Below, piece by piece: positions 38,800-51,813 of a DNA stretch of 64,000 nt (its first letter is position 1; the number at the start of each line of letters is the position of its first letter). The notes beneath the pieces are model-generated. The model did no database searches and was not told where the DNA came from. It worked only from the letters and a program-made list of their open reading frames with translations. The stretch lies in the NCBI GenBank assembly GCA_035221665.1, contig CM069134.1, positions 43,710,001-43,774,000 on the forward strand, read 5' to 3'. Source of the DNA: Okamejei kenojei. Its lineage: Eukaryota. Made by a program: the position numbers and the translations under genes.

Positions 38800-40249
38800 G
38801 CAGTAAAATGCGTTGGCATTATACCTTTTATGCTCTCAGGGCATCTCAAAATGCATTACAATGAATGAATGAATACCTTATTGTTGCATGTGACTTGTCA
38901 CAGTGAAATTCTTTGCTTGCATACCCACGGTATACAAATAGTCGACACATAAAGGGCGCTTAAAGTTAGACAGTATCCGCGACAGGTCCCCCTTTGTCCC
39001 GTTCCCCCCCCCCCACGGCGGTCCCCCCATGCCATGTCCTCCTCCACTGTCCATTGTTCTTCCCTCAACCTCATGGCAGTTCCCCCACACCCAGTCCTCC
39101 ATTGTTCCTTCCCCCGGCAGCGGCGTCCTCACTTCCATGTGGTCCATCCTTGTCCGTCCGTCGGCGCCATCATCGACAATTACTTATTTCCGAAGTGCAG
39201 TCACTATGTAACTATAACAAAGCTATATCTGAATAGTAACATAGATTAATGCTTTAAATTAAATTGATAACTCAAGCAAGAAATCAGACCTATGGATATT
39301 ACTGAGGCTCAAAACCAGGGTAGACATTTCTTGTCTCCCTTTTTCATTTAACTAGCAACAGCAAAAAAAACCTACATTACTGAGTCATCAGTGATATTGA
39401 AAGGATTCGCTCACAATTCAGAAATTGGCAGAAAATCAACCTATTAAATTAATCAGTCAAAATCCTACATGGGGAAAAATAGTATCATGAAAATTAAAAG
39501 TGGCTGAACTTGGCTCCAATTCAATTGTTAGCCTGATGGTATAATAAATTAACTCCCAACATTATACCTGATTTTGGGAACGCAGCATGCAAGGATGAGA
39601 ATTTAAATGTGCAGGTTTGAATCATATGCACATTCTATCAAACTAATGGTGAGGCACTTTAGAGCAACCAAATAAGCTGATGTTGCAGCAGGGTTCAAAT
39701 GACTATTTTGGTCACTGGGCCTTTGACTGAAGAACCAGCGCAATGAGCAAGCGTTGCACAATTTAGCATTCAAAAACGTGCTGCCTGAGATCAAGGCTGA
39801 CTTTGTTGTTTCAGTGGTCAGGAGGGCTGATGACCTTTGGCTCAAGTTATCGCATAATGTGGTCAGGGTTGGGATGGTGGATGAGGAAGGAAGTGTGACT
39901 GATCAGGGCTTGGGAGTCAAGGGTGCAAGGCTAATGATTGGGTGTGGACTATCAGGGAGGAATTTTAATGGGCATGTCTTAGAATATGTTTCACAAAGAT
40001 AAATGGGGGAGTGGGATTGATGCGATTTCTCTGGGAGCGCGCATGGACTTGAAGGGGCACACGATCTCCTTATATGTCATTATGAAATATGAAACCTTGA
40101 GTTTTCTGGGTTTTGCTGAATTTTAGATGCCATTAAGACATTTTTTAAATCAGCATAGTTTTGAGAAAACCTATTTAGCAGTGGCACTGAGATCGCTAAA
40201 ATCAGAAGTTATTGCTTTACGTGAATCTCGTTATTTGGAGACCAGTAGG

Positions 40250-40385
40250 GTGATCTGAAGAAGGGTCTTGAACCGAAACGTCACCCATTCCTTCTCTCCA
40301 GAGATGCTGCCTGTCCCGCTGAGTTACTCCAGCTTTTTGTGTCTATCTTTGGTTTAAACCAGCAACTACAGTTCCTTCCTACACA
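40250..40385 (+). repeat. Penelope-derived unit with hammerhead core
   Basis: tctgaagaagggtcttgaaccgaaacgtcacccattcc...cagttccttcctacac. Confidence 0.85.
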
Positions 40386-40789
40386 GTAGGAGGGTTGTGT
40401 CCAGTCCAATGCTTCTGGTCTCTGTTGCAGTTATTTGAGAAACCATGGAGGAAATATATACCTTTTTCAGCAGCACTTGACAGCTTTGTTTCAAGGTACA
40501 AAACCATTTTATTTATTTGCAATTCATTGTCATACCGCTGGATGCTTATATTTTCAGTGAGGTTCAATGACAGGTGAACTGTAACACTTGCAGTTCCACA
40601 CACTGTCTATCTTACAATCTCCTCACCCTTCTACACAGCCATTTAGTTGTCTCTTTTCTATGTGCCATCTATCCAATTCTCCCTTTGAACTTGCCATTAA
40701 TTTGCATTACCTCCCAACTCTATTCAGAAGCATTTGGGCTTCCCTATGATTGACAAAGAGAATGAGTGCTGACATTATGTTAAAAAAGG

Positions 40790-41230
40790 TTAAGATATGA
40801 TGAGCGTTTGACGGCACTGGGCCTGTACCTGCTGGAGTTTAGATGGTTGAGGGGGACCTCATTGAAACATACAGAATAGTGAAAGGCTTGGATAGAGTGG
40901 ATGTGGAGAAGACGTTTCTACTAGTGGGAGAGTCTAGGACTAGACATCATAGCCTCCGAACTAAAGGACGTTCTTTTAGGAAGGAGATGAGGAAGAATTT
41001 CTTTAATCAGAGGGTGGTGAATCGGTAGAATTCTTTTCCACAGAAGGCTGTGGAGGCCAGGTCAATGGATATATTTAAGGCTGAGATAGATAGATTCTTG
41101 ATTAATATGGGTGTCAGTGGCTATGGGGAGAAGGCAGGAGAATGGGGTTAGGAGGGAGAGATAGATCAGCCATGATTGAACGGCGGAGTAGACTCGATGG
41201 GCTGAATGGCTTAATTCTACTTATGATCGT
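40790..41230 (+). mobile_element. CR1 3' fragment
   Basis: GDLIETYRIVKGLDRVD...FFNQRVVN plus tail. Confidence 0.9.
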
Positions 41231-41469
41231 GTGATTAATAACCTAATAAAAAGCTAAGTAACTTGGAGCCTGTAGAGTTTCTGAAGCATACCTTTTGCAG
41301 TGCATTACAGTCTCATGATGCTTGATGATTAACAGTGCATTCAATCAAGATTGTAAATTTAATATGATATGCATGAGGAACGAGTGGGCATCAGATAAAC
41401 AGTTGAGTTCAGTGGATGGAAGCAAATCGAATGTGGCGTTGGCAGGTGCGGCCAAGAAAGCGATCGGGG

Positions 41470-41567
41470 AGGCGGTACGAATTGGGGGAGGTGGTGCGAT
41501 TCGGGGGTGGGGGTGTGAGTCGGGGTGGCGGTGCGATTCGGGGGTGGCGGTGTGAGTTGGGGGTGGC
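41470..41567. repeat. Short G-rich tandem repeat
   Basis: About five copies of ggtggcggtg(c/t)ga(t/g)t(c/t)ggg. Confidence 0.75.
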
Positions 41568-42039
41568 GCCAGCAGTCCAATCTAGAGGTGAGGTTCGGTA
41601 AGACCGTCCACTATAACCGAAATCCATTATAAGGAGGTCCCATGAAAAAGATGGTTTACCGCATGTAGAAGGGACTGGACGCGTGCAATCTCTTTAAAAG
41701 ATGCATGCTGCTGTGCAAATACAAATCATGTCACTCCAAAATAAAATGACTCAATCTCACAGAATTCTGCTCCAACTAGATAACAGTTAATGTCCAACTA
41801 ATCATGGTGAAGTACAAAGAAAACATGTTATAACCAAGAGACCATTTTCCAAACCACTCAGCTCGTTAATATGTGGAAACAGAACTTCTGCTTCGAATAG
41901 AATTATCAGACCAAAATATATTCCACAGTAATTTTTTTAATGTGAGTACTTCAAGTGAAGCTGTGCCTCTTGGATACACCATTGTACATTGTGAGCTGTT
42001 GTATGAATTGTAGGATGAACAATTTAATAAATCGGTACG

Positions 42040-42240
42040 TAGATACATAGAAAATAGGTGCAGGAGTAGGACATTCGGCCCCTCGAGCCAGCACCGCCAT
42101 TCAATGTGATCATGGCTGATATCCAAAATCAGTACCCTGTTCCTGCATTCTCCCCATATTCCTTGATTCCATTCGCCCTAAGAGCAATATCTAACTCTCT
42201 CCTGAAAACATCCAATGAATTCGCAACTCTCTGGGAGAAA
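42040..42240 (-). mobile_element. CR1/HER1 tail
   Basis: tagatacatagaaaataggtgcaggagtagg. Confidence 0.85.
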
Positions 42241-44209
42241 AGCTAACAGCTGATCTGGGTACCAAAGATAATTTTACTCCTTCTCACTCATGCAGTTGAT
42301 AGTGTTGCATAAATTCTGTCGCCAAATTTATTTGTAGCTTTACAATAAATATCTATAGACCCAAAGCCAGTAAAAACATATCAGTTTTCAGATGCATAAC
42401 AGTCCTGTGACCTTCAGAGAAATTAACCAGTGTCTCAATTCAAATCAAATGTCTGTACAAAGGAATGGTTAATTGTCCATCCAATGTTGTTTTAAGGTTG
42501 GGTTTTATCACTAAACAACCGAAGTTCACCCTTCCCAACATCTGCCCTTTGCCCTTATGTTGCAAAGGTGACCTAGTTCAAATCTAAGTCTCAAATCAAA
42601 GAAAGGAGGGTCAGGGAAATGTATTCAGAATTTAGATGCAAACATTGAAGAGATTGCTTAAGAAAATAAAAGCACCTTTCTGCAACCAGATAAGGAATTT
42701 AACTACAATGGCTCAATTAACCCCTTCATCCTCACATGAAAAAAGGTATCCAGAAATAATATGTCAATCTAATATGAAATTATTCAAATTCTAATTCAAA
42801 AAGCTACAGATTAAGGAAACAGTAAGCATTTCTCTGTAAAAATACAGACCAAAGTGTGGCTATTATTGATCTTCAGTAAAGGTAGTCTATTTTCAATGTA
42901 GATTTGGACTCTAGGTTTGCCTTATTTCAGAGGTTTACTCGCACAAAACGGCTACCACAGATTTCTCACAATTGAAAAGTTGGAATTTCATGTTGCTGCT
43001 GGGACATAAACATGCAGCCGACACCACATTAGTTGTCTTTTAAGGACACACACCAGTAGAAGCACCAGAAATGAGATGAGTATCATTGTATTCTGTACTC
43101 TGGTGTACATGCCAAAAAAAAAAAGAATCAGAGTGTGGGTTACCTTGACATCAAGTGCAGACCTGTGGAGTGCTGTAAGACAGAGAGACCAAGAGGTGCA
43201 ACAACACCGTTCCATGAAGATGGCAACAGATGTGGACTCAGTGGTGAAGGAGGCATTTGGCACCCTTGCCTTCATCCGTCAGGGTATTGACTACAGGATT
43301 TGGGACATCATGTTTATATAAATATTAGTTTATCTACAGTGTTGCCTATTGTGTAAATCGGGGAGTGGCTGTAACTACATTTCTTGCCTTCACCTCCACT
43401 CATATCCTGACAACGCATTTTCATACACTTGCTTTCGCTGCATCACTTCTCCATTCTGCTTTCCTCTCATTTCTTTCTTCTTTTCCTTGCCTCTGCTACT
43501 GATGGTCTATCAGCCTTTACGCTTTCTGCTCTGCAAGAGTCCCCTCCCTCTTCCTGTGTCTCTCGCTCCTTCTCCCTTTTTCTTGCCTCTGCTGATCTCT
43601 CTCCCCTTCGGTGATTCTTTTCCTTCCCTTTCTTCCTATCCATGCCTCTTCCTCTCCATGCCTCTGCTTAACCCTTCCTTCCCGGTTTCTTTCACTCACA
43701 GACTGGCCAACTTACATTCTGCCATGCTGATTGTCACACAGCCGACTCACCCCAAGTCCCCATAGCACACTCTGTTTCACCCCACCCCCGTACACACTGT
43801 AATTATTCCACACAATTATCCAAGGCACAGTTTCACATTGCATGCTGTTGCAGGTGAACGCTAATGGAAACCATAGCAGATCAGAAGGAGACTGACATAG
43901 TGAATAGATTAATGCATCTCGTAAAGCGTTGGACCTAATGGGTGGCATGGGAAGTGATACCCATCTCCAACCCTCTCACCAGCACCCCCTACTCCCGAGA
44001 GACATGCAAAGCTGAGCATGTCCAAAGTATCCAGGATTTGTGTTCCTTGCATCTTAGCATACTCTTACTGATTGAGGGGTCTCAATAAACGAGACTACGC
44101 TAAAATCTCTCTTATCTTGCAGGGAACTAATTAGATCCAGTTGGCTAATTTATATACACCCTCAATATAGGGAGTCTTCTGATATCACAGGAACACAGAA
44201 AAAAAAAGC

Positions 44210-44435
44210 AAAAGAGATGACAGATGCCAGAATCTGGAGCAAAATAACCCATCTGAAGAAGGGTCTTGATCGAAATGTCACCCATTCCTTCTCCCCAGAG
44301 ATGATTCCTGTCCCGTGAGTTACTCCAGCATTTTTATGTCTATCTATTGCTAGAGGAACTCAGCAGGTCAGGACAGCATCTGTGGAGATAAATGGACAGT
44401 TGATGTTTCAGGTCAACACCCTTCATCTGGACTGA
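44210..44435. repeat. Penelope-derived units, one nested in another in opposite orientation
   Basis: tctgaagaagggtcttgatcgaaatgtcaccc...ttactccagc lies inside cagatgccagaatc...gctagaggaactcagc...cccttcatctggactga. Confidence 0.7.
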
Positions 44436-46694
44436 TGTTTAGCAGGCCATTCTGTACTTCAGGCACTCTACTTAACATTCTGACTTGCCCAATGTTGTTA
44501 GACTTTCTAATAAACCAAACAAAATCCTGGAATTACGCAAAATAACTGGTAGCATCAGTGGAGGGAGCAACAGAGTTAAATTGAAGGTTAATGATCTTTC
44601 AGTAGAATAAGGATGTTAAAACCTCCCGTTCTCTCTTGAAGTGTATGATCTGTGCCCTAAATAAGTGAATAACACTTATCCCACAATTCTGTTCATCACT
44701 ACTCGGGGATAGTAGCACATTTCTCGGTCATATATCAATACATATACAACATGAACAAAATCCAACATAAATATATATAAAAACCACCTCTGGCAAGGTA
44801 CTCAGTTACGTTGAGCTATAAAGATAATTCAGCTTGCTTGAGACTACACGAGTCAAGGAATGTAGGGTTTCTGCAATATGAGTGTTCTTACCATAGCTGC
44901 AAAATAAATATCTAATCACAACTTTACAATATTTTTAACTTTGGATGTTTAAATGTGGTTTCAGCCTTCCTGAGTTATTAGCTTCTGTAATCCTTCGAGC
45001 ACATCCTTCGAGCACAAGTTACAAATGGTCCCCTCAAAGAAGTTCAGGTCAATATCAGGGGGAAAAAAAAGCTGCTAGCTACAACATTCTGCAAGAATTT
45101 TCACAGCAGATACTTGAGGTGTTTGATGCTAAAGATCAGCACAGGCTCTATAATTTAAATCCAATTTTAGTCCAACAGACGCCAATTTGAACCCGAACCA
45201 AACCTGGTGAATTATAGAAAATTTCTGAAACAGGACGTTGTCCCAAAAAGACTATATGGGTAAAGAAAGCTGCATCTGCCAAAAATGTTAAAGCTATATC
45301 ACGTTTTGATTCTGCAATCTAAACACAACATCATGGGACCGTTCAGCCACCCTGAACACTGAATTTACAAGTTTGATGATCAGGGACCATAACCAAATTC
45401 AAAGTCAGTTCCGTAGCTCAGCTCTGAATAAACAGCCGAGTATTAGTTAATTTATTTATACAGTCAGCCAACCGAATCTGAGCCAAGCATGTGGGCTCAT
45501 ATTTTGTTTTGATACCTGACCTGACCTAAACATGACACATATAGTTGGTTCCATTGGGCTCAAGTAAGCTAGTCGGGTTTTGCCTGGTTCAATGATTTAA
45601 TGTCTGCAGGTGAACATTGCTACAGAACCATTTAGCATGCATTAACATTTTCCTTGGACTCCTTCAGCGAGTGAGAGAGGGAGGCCAGAGCTGCAGTTTG
45701 CTCCTCTGTGGAGTAAGAACACTTCTTCATGGAACAAAAGGCAATACAGGCACTGTCTGCTGCAGAGGAACAGCACACCATTGCACTAGTGTGCCTGACT
45801 CCAGGAAGCAGTGTATATTTTGTTGCTCAAGAAGGAACTGCAGATGAAGGAAAATCGAAGGTAGACAAAATTGCTGGAGAAACTCAGCGGGTGCGGCAGC
45901 TAATTGTTTAAAAATTACGATGGTTTAGCATCCTTAACCATAGTTGTGCACCAGAGGTGCAACCAGGTTGGGGTTCAGAATAGCAGGAGTTAGGAAGGTG
46001 GGTAGATTTGTGGTTGGAGCCAAGATCCAAATTGCTTGCATTTTTCCTACTTGCTTTCAAACTCACCAGGTTCATTACATCACTGTATAAAAAGTTTTTT
46101 AAAACGTGAAATAAATGTATGTTTGGATTTTAATTGGAGTAACATCCAATAGTACAGAAAATCTGATGGAACGCACATCAAAGCCCCTTGGGTGCTGGAT
46201 TATCAGAGTTTTGCTGTGGTGGTGTTATGTTTGATCACAATCCCCAAGAAGCATCCGCTCACGTACCAAAATACAAAGGAGGAGATTAAATTAGAGGGAC
46301 ATGTTTCGTAAAGGGACACACTCACATCAATAGGCTGCAGTTGGGCCGGAGGAGAAGGGGAGTTACAGTCATAATGCATTGAAGTAGAGTCAAGTCACAA
46401 TGTTTACATAAGCAGTGTCCAGCATGTCACGATGGCTCCATGAGATGCAGAAATCCATTTCCACATTTTCCCAGAAGCTGGCAGAGTCAGGTGGACCTCA
46501 CTTGCACTTTGAAAGTAATTTACTTATCAGTTTTGGCAATGGCAATGCTAAGAAAACAAGGTGGCCTAACTGCTTCGATGAAGGCTGAGTCCATCCTCAG
46601 AGCTCCGCTAACAGATGTGCGTCTGGTGAACAAGTGATGGATTAGTTAGTACTTAATTTAATTTTTAAAAATCTCCATACAGTAAAGATAGTTT

Positions 46695-46877
46695 AATAAA
46701 GCAAAGTAAATCAGGACCTGATTCACAAAGTTAATTTCTCAGATTCTAACAATTAAATAATTTTACACATTTTTCAACCAAGAGAGGTTTGATAAAGCAA
46801 AGTAAATGCCTGGACCTGTTTCACAATGTTAATTTGTCAGATTCTAACAAAAAAAATATATACATATTTTTCAACCA
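46695..46877. repeat. About 95-bp direct tandem duplication
   Basis: ataaagcaaagtaaat...ggacctg...gttaattt...cagattctaacaa...ttttcaacca occurs twice. Confidence 0.8.
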
Positions 46878-48332
46878 TTCAACTAGTGAATAATATAAAA
46901 TGAAAAACCGCTTTTTTTTCCATTCCTAATCCCAGACTAATTTTATAGTAAATCTATTAACAAACATTAAAAAAATCATCTTTTTTGGTAAATGTCTACC
47001 TCCATTTCTGAGTACTAATGCCATTAAAACATAAACTTTTAGAAATTAGCTATAATAAAAATCCACATTGAAGGCAAAACATAAAGGAGAACACAGTGCT
47101 ATTTTTCTTGAATGAACTATTTTCATTTAAAAAAATACAATTGGTTGACAATAAAAAGTGCAATAGCCTAATTGCACGTCTTCTACAACTATAGGACAGA
47201 GAAGAATGGACAGATAAAGAAATTCAATGTCATTTGGACTTTGGAGTCTCAAACTGCAGATCTTAGAATAACCAGCTACCCCCACCCTCCCTACATCCCC
47301 TCCCCACCTTTGTTTCTCCCAGCAGGCCCAAAGGCTTTCAAACAAAACCTGAATGACAGCTATGGGCTATTCCAGCCTCATTGCTGATCATCCATGCCAA
47401 ACAGGATAGATCTCTCTTAAGTACACTTCCCAGGCATCTTTGCAATCAGGGCCCACCACACATTTCAAGGGGAGGTGGGGGGAGGGGAAATTATAAATAG
47501 AATAGCAGATGCAAACTTTACGCTAAACAATGTCACTAAATCGATAATGGATCTGATGATTATTGGAAGATGGGCCTTGCTAAATGACATGTATCCCATC
47601 TTTGATTTTTCATCGTTTCTATATTTACTGTAACATTGGTTGTACATAATGTCATCAAGGGCGGCATTATCTACAAACACCATCAAGTGTCCTACAGCAA
47701 CAAAGACCTGCTCACAGGAAATCAATCCCCTCGGGACAGATGGCCCGTGTTTCAAGTGGCATCTCCCTTCTTATTTGAAAAAAACTCAATCAGCATTTTC
47801 TGTTTCCTAGCAACATTCAAAGGAATTATTTGCATGACTAAAGCTTAAATAGATAGCAAGGACAGTGCCAGAGATTTCTGCAATATATGAGCCACAGTAG
47901 TACATTTAAGCTGGTCATTTAACAATGCAAAATGTATTTTTAACTGATCAGATCTAGTTAACAACTGCATTGAGATATAGTGTGTCAGTCGATTAATGAC
48001 CACTTTCTTACTCTGAAGATTTTCCCTATTCACCAATGAACACGAGGTGCAATTATTTTCTGCTTTTGTTAGTTGGTTTAGTTCCTGTTGTAAAATAAAC
48101 AGCTTGCTGAAAGATGATTCCTATTCAACAACTCTAAGCAATTATTGTTTGCTCTGTGATTCTCTCTATTCCCGTTCAAAGATATTCCAGTTAAATTATT
48201 GAACAAGATTTGAAATGAGTCATCAGATCTATACATTGAAGATATTTTCCCTAAATGGCTTAGCTGTGAGAAGAAAATAGCCCCAGTATGTCTGGATCCT
48301 GCAGTGATCCAAAATAAAGTGTACATATCTGT

Positions 48333-48447
48333 GTGCGTATATATATATATATATATACGTATATATATATATATATATAGTGTATACACACACACGAATG
48401 TATATACAAACACATAAACACACAGATATATATATATATAGAGATAG

Positions 48448-48498
<51 letters not shown>
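48333..48498. repeat. Compound (TA)n/(CA)n microsatellite
   Basis: Direct reading. A Penelope-derived unit follows at about 48499-48590. Confidence 0.95.
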
Positions 48499-48499
<1 letters not shown>

Positions 48500-49702
48500 C
48501 TGAAGGGTCTTGACATGAAACGTCACCCACTCCTTCTCTCCAGAGATGCTGCCAGACCCGCTGAGTTACTCCAGATGTGTCTACCTATGTGTGTGTATAC
48601 ACTAGTGTGAGTATATATATCATATATACACATATAGAAATGTACACATACATGTGGGTTTAATGTGTGTGTGGCAAAAGTGTATGGGTGGGGTGGTGTG
48701 CTTGGGAGGGGAAGGGGGGGGGGAGGCTGAAGGAGATGGTGGCCTTAAGGATTGTTGACAATCAATTTTGCCATTCTACCGCAGGGAAAATGAGACAGAA
48801 AGAGCATCAGCTCAGAAACTGAGCTGCGAATAGGAAGACCATCTGGATTGTTTAACCACTTTGTTTGCCCCCAAGAAAATAAATCAATAGTTTGGGAGAA
48901 CCTTCAATGAAAAGGGTCTCTGGATCAAACGTGTCACCTATCAGATTGTGTGTCTCTTTCTTCGAAGGCATCCTCAAAAATTTATAAATACCTGCATTGC
49001 CCCAGCTACTGCATAAACTGAACAAATCTTACATTCAAATCTTAATATTTGTAATAGTCACGTAAACTTCACTAAAGATTGCAAGTACTCTTCAGATTCG
49101 TCTCACTGAATATCATACTTTTGAGCTGCATTTATATTCTCAAAATATCCCACAATTCGCTCTGCTTTAAACTAGCAATTTGCATTATTTTGTGCTTCAG
49201 TGCATAACCTATTCTAAATATGCTTTCATTAATGTTAAATACTGACAAGATTCAGGAATGTTATTTCATAAATTGCCAAGCGAAATATATTGCCGGTTAA
49301 TTTATACCCAAGATCTACAATTTTATACAAGCGAAAGTGAGGAGATGGAGTGAAATTTAAACTATTGTGCCCATAAAATTAAAAATAATTTTCTAAAAAT
49401 GTATAGTTTTATCAATCTACGTCATATTTCTGCATTTCAGGATCATGTCTTAATTTTCAAAACATTCTCTGGTTCTCTCACTTTAACACTCATATTCCAA
49501 GATCACGACCTCAGATAATGTGAAGTTCATGGGCCATTCAAGAACAGAAGAGAGAACGGCATGTTTTGCTGTAGATCACAACAAAATGCAGCAGCTGTTT
49601 CAAAATGAGAAGAGATTTTGAAGTAAAACGAATAATGAAAAAGGTACACTTAATAAACGAGTATATTTCACGTGAGAGCATCCCAAACACTTGATTAGAA
49701 GT

Positions 49703-49924
49703 GTGTAGGAAAGAATTGCAGATGCTGCTTTAAATCGAAGGTAGACACAAAATGCTGGAGTAACTCAGCGGGTCAGGCAGCATCTCTGGAGAGAAGGAAT
49801 GGGTGACGTTTCGGGTCGAGGAGTTTCGGATCGAGAATGGGTAATGTTTCGGGTTGGGTCTGAAGAAGGGTATCGACCCGAAACGTCACCCATTCGACCA
49901 GAGATGTCTCGACCCGAAACGTTA
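49703..49924. repeat. Rearranged inverted Penelope-derived unit (continues at about 50762-50825 after the Rex1 insertion)
   Basis: gtgtaggaaagaattgcagatgc...gggtgacgtttcgggtcgag, then ggtctgaagaaggg...gaaacgtcaccc. Resumes cattccttctctccagaga...ttactccagc. Confidence 0.8.
49855..49892 (+). ncRNA. Putative minimal type I hammerhead ribozyme
   Basis: Stem I tgggt/accca. Core CUGAAGA plus one extra A. Stem II gggt-atcg-accc. GAAA. Loopless stem III with palindromic ACGU. GUC cleavage triplet ending at 49887. Confidence 0.65.
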
Positions 49925-50762
49925 CAGGATTCCTCCCCATCCTGGATCAGTCCATATCCTCCCCATCATGTGTCACAGCTGGCGTCCTGGTGCCTTCGTA
50001 ACAACCTGGAGCTCAATGCTCTAAAGACAGTGGAATTGATAGTAGACTCTCCTCCCCCCACTTACCATCAACAACACCACTGTAACATCTGTGGAGTCTT
50101 TTAAGTTCCTTGGAACCATCATCTCCAAGGACCTTAAATGGGAGGCCACCATCAACTCCACAGTCTAAAAAGTCCAACAGAGGATGTACTTCCTGCAGCA
50201 TCTGAGGAAACACTATCTGCCGCAGGCAATGATGGTCCAATTCTACACGGCCATCGTAAAGTCTGTCCTCACATTCTCCATCATGGTCTGGTTTGGCTCA
50301 GCCACAAAGCATGACATCCAGAGACTGCAGCGAATCGTTCGATCAGCTGAGAAGGTTGTTGGCTGCAACCTTCCCCCCCATTGACGAACTGTACACTGCA
50401 AGGGCCAGGAAGCGAGCGGATAAGATCATCTCTGACCCCTCTCACGCTGGCCATAAACTCAGAAGCACTTCTCTCTGAAAGGAGACTCCGGACTGTCACA
50501 GCCGCCACAGCCAGACATAAAAACAGCTTTTTTCCACGATCAGTAGCTCTACTCAATAACCAAAAGTCTGTAGCCTCCATTTGCTCTGGTATTTTATTTT
50601 CATTCACATGTTTAAACTATAATGTTTTATTCTTCATGTTTTAATGTTTTATGTTTTATTCTTAATTGTTTGATGTATGTTGTGTTGTTACTTGTGAGCA
50701 GAGCACCAAGGCAAATTCCTTGTATGTGTACATACTTGGCCAATAAATTTATTCATTAATTC
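49925..50762 (+). mobile_element. Rex1/Babar LINE 3' fragment with short 5' inversion
   Basis: Near-identical to 11870-12670 (NNLELNALKT, MYFLQHLRK...). Ends with aataaa and a ttca-type tail. Confidence 0.92.
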
Positions 50763-51171
50763 ATTCCTTCTCTCCAGAGATACCGCCTGACCTGCTGAAT
50801 TACTCCAGCATTTTGAGTCTACTTGTGGGTAGAAATTCAGTGGCATAGCAATATTTTTATCAGCAATTACATCTGAAGTGGAACACAAACGTAAACACTT
50901 TCAGATTAAGTCATGAGAATCTGGAATCGCAATCAATCAGACTTTCGGTTGCTGGGACATTGTCTCAGTTGGATGTGCATTGAATTATGTTATATCTCAT
51001 ACAAAAAGTGTATGAGATATAACATCAGAAAATGTTATATCTCATACACTTTCAGAAAAAAGGTTTACATTGTTCTGAAGCACACCTGCTCTTGGGCAGT
51101 CACAACCCAACCAGTTGCACTGTTTCTAAAGCATTTGAAGACCAAGTAATATTTTATTAAAAATGTAATAA

Positions 51172-51296
51172 AAAGGAACTGCAGATGGTGTTTAATACCA
51201 AAGACAGACACAAAATGCTGGAGTAACTCAGTTTGACAGGCAGCATCTCCGGAGAAAATGGATAGATGACTTTTTGGGTAGGGACACCCTCAGACT
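51172..51296 (-). repeat. Penelope-derived unit
   Basis: aaggaactgcagatgg...gacacaaaatgctggagtaactcag...cagact. Confidence 0.75.
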
Positions 51297-51551
51297 ATAT
51301 ATTTTATGTTTGAACCTCTCTGGAAGTGTGAATACGAACCATGCAGTTGGCCAGCAATTCATCTGAATATCCCATTCCATAGTTCTACCACAAATCCAGA
51401 CACGTACACCTTTGTGGAACTAATTTGATGTTTAATGAAAACAACAGCCATTTACTTATTCTTAATAGACCAGGGCCTATGTTCACACATTATTGTGCAG
51501 CATGCCATGGTCATTTTTAAACAACACTGGACCTCACATACTGAACAAGAG

Positions 51552-51798
51552 AAACAAGATACAAGAGAGTTTATTGTCATGTGTCCCAGATAGCACAACA
51601 GAATATAGAAGGCATGAATACAGAACAGATCAGTGTGTCCATATGCCATTATATAAATACATACACACATGAATAAATAAAACAGATAAAGTGCAAATAA
51701 ACAGATAATGGGCTATTAATAATGTTCAGAGTTTTGTTTGAGTTGAGTTTAATAGCCTGATGGCTGTGGGGAAGAAGCTGTTTCTGAACGTGGACGTT
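51552..51798 (-). mobile_element. Rex1-type LINE 3' tail
   Basis: caagagagtttattgtcatgtgtcccagatag...gatggctgtggggaagaagctgtttctgaac. Confidence 0.65.
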
Positions 51799-51813
51799 GG
51801 TAAGTAATATTCT

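Noticed and set aside
43349-43765. 138-aa Leu/Ser/Pro/Phe-rich ORF
   Set aside because: It is a translation of a pyrimidine-rich low-complexity tract.
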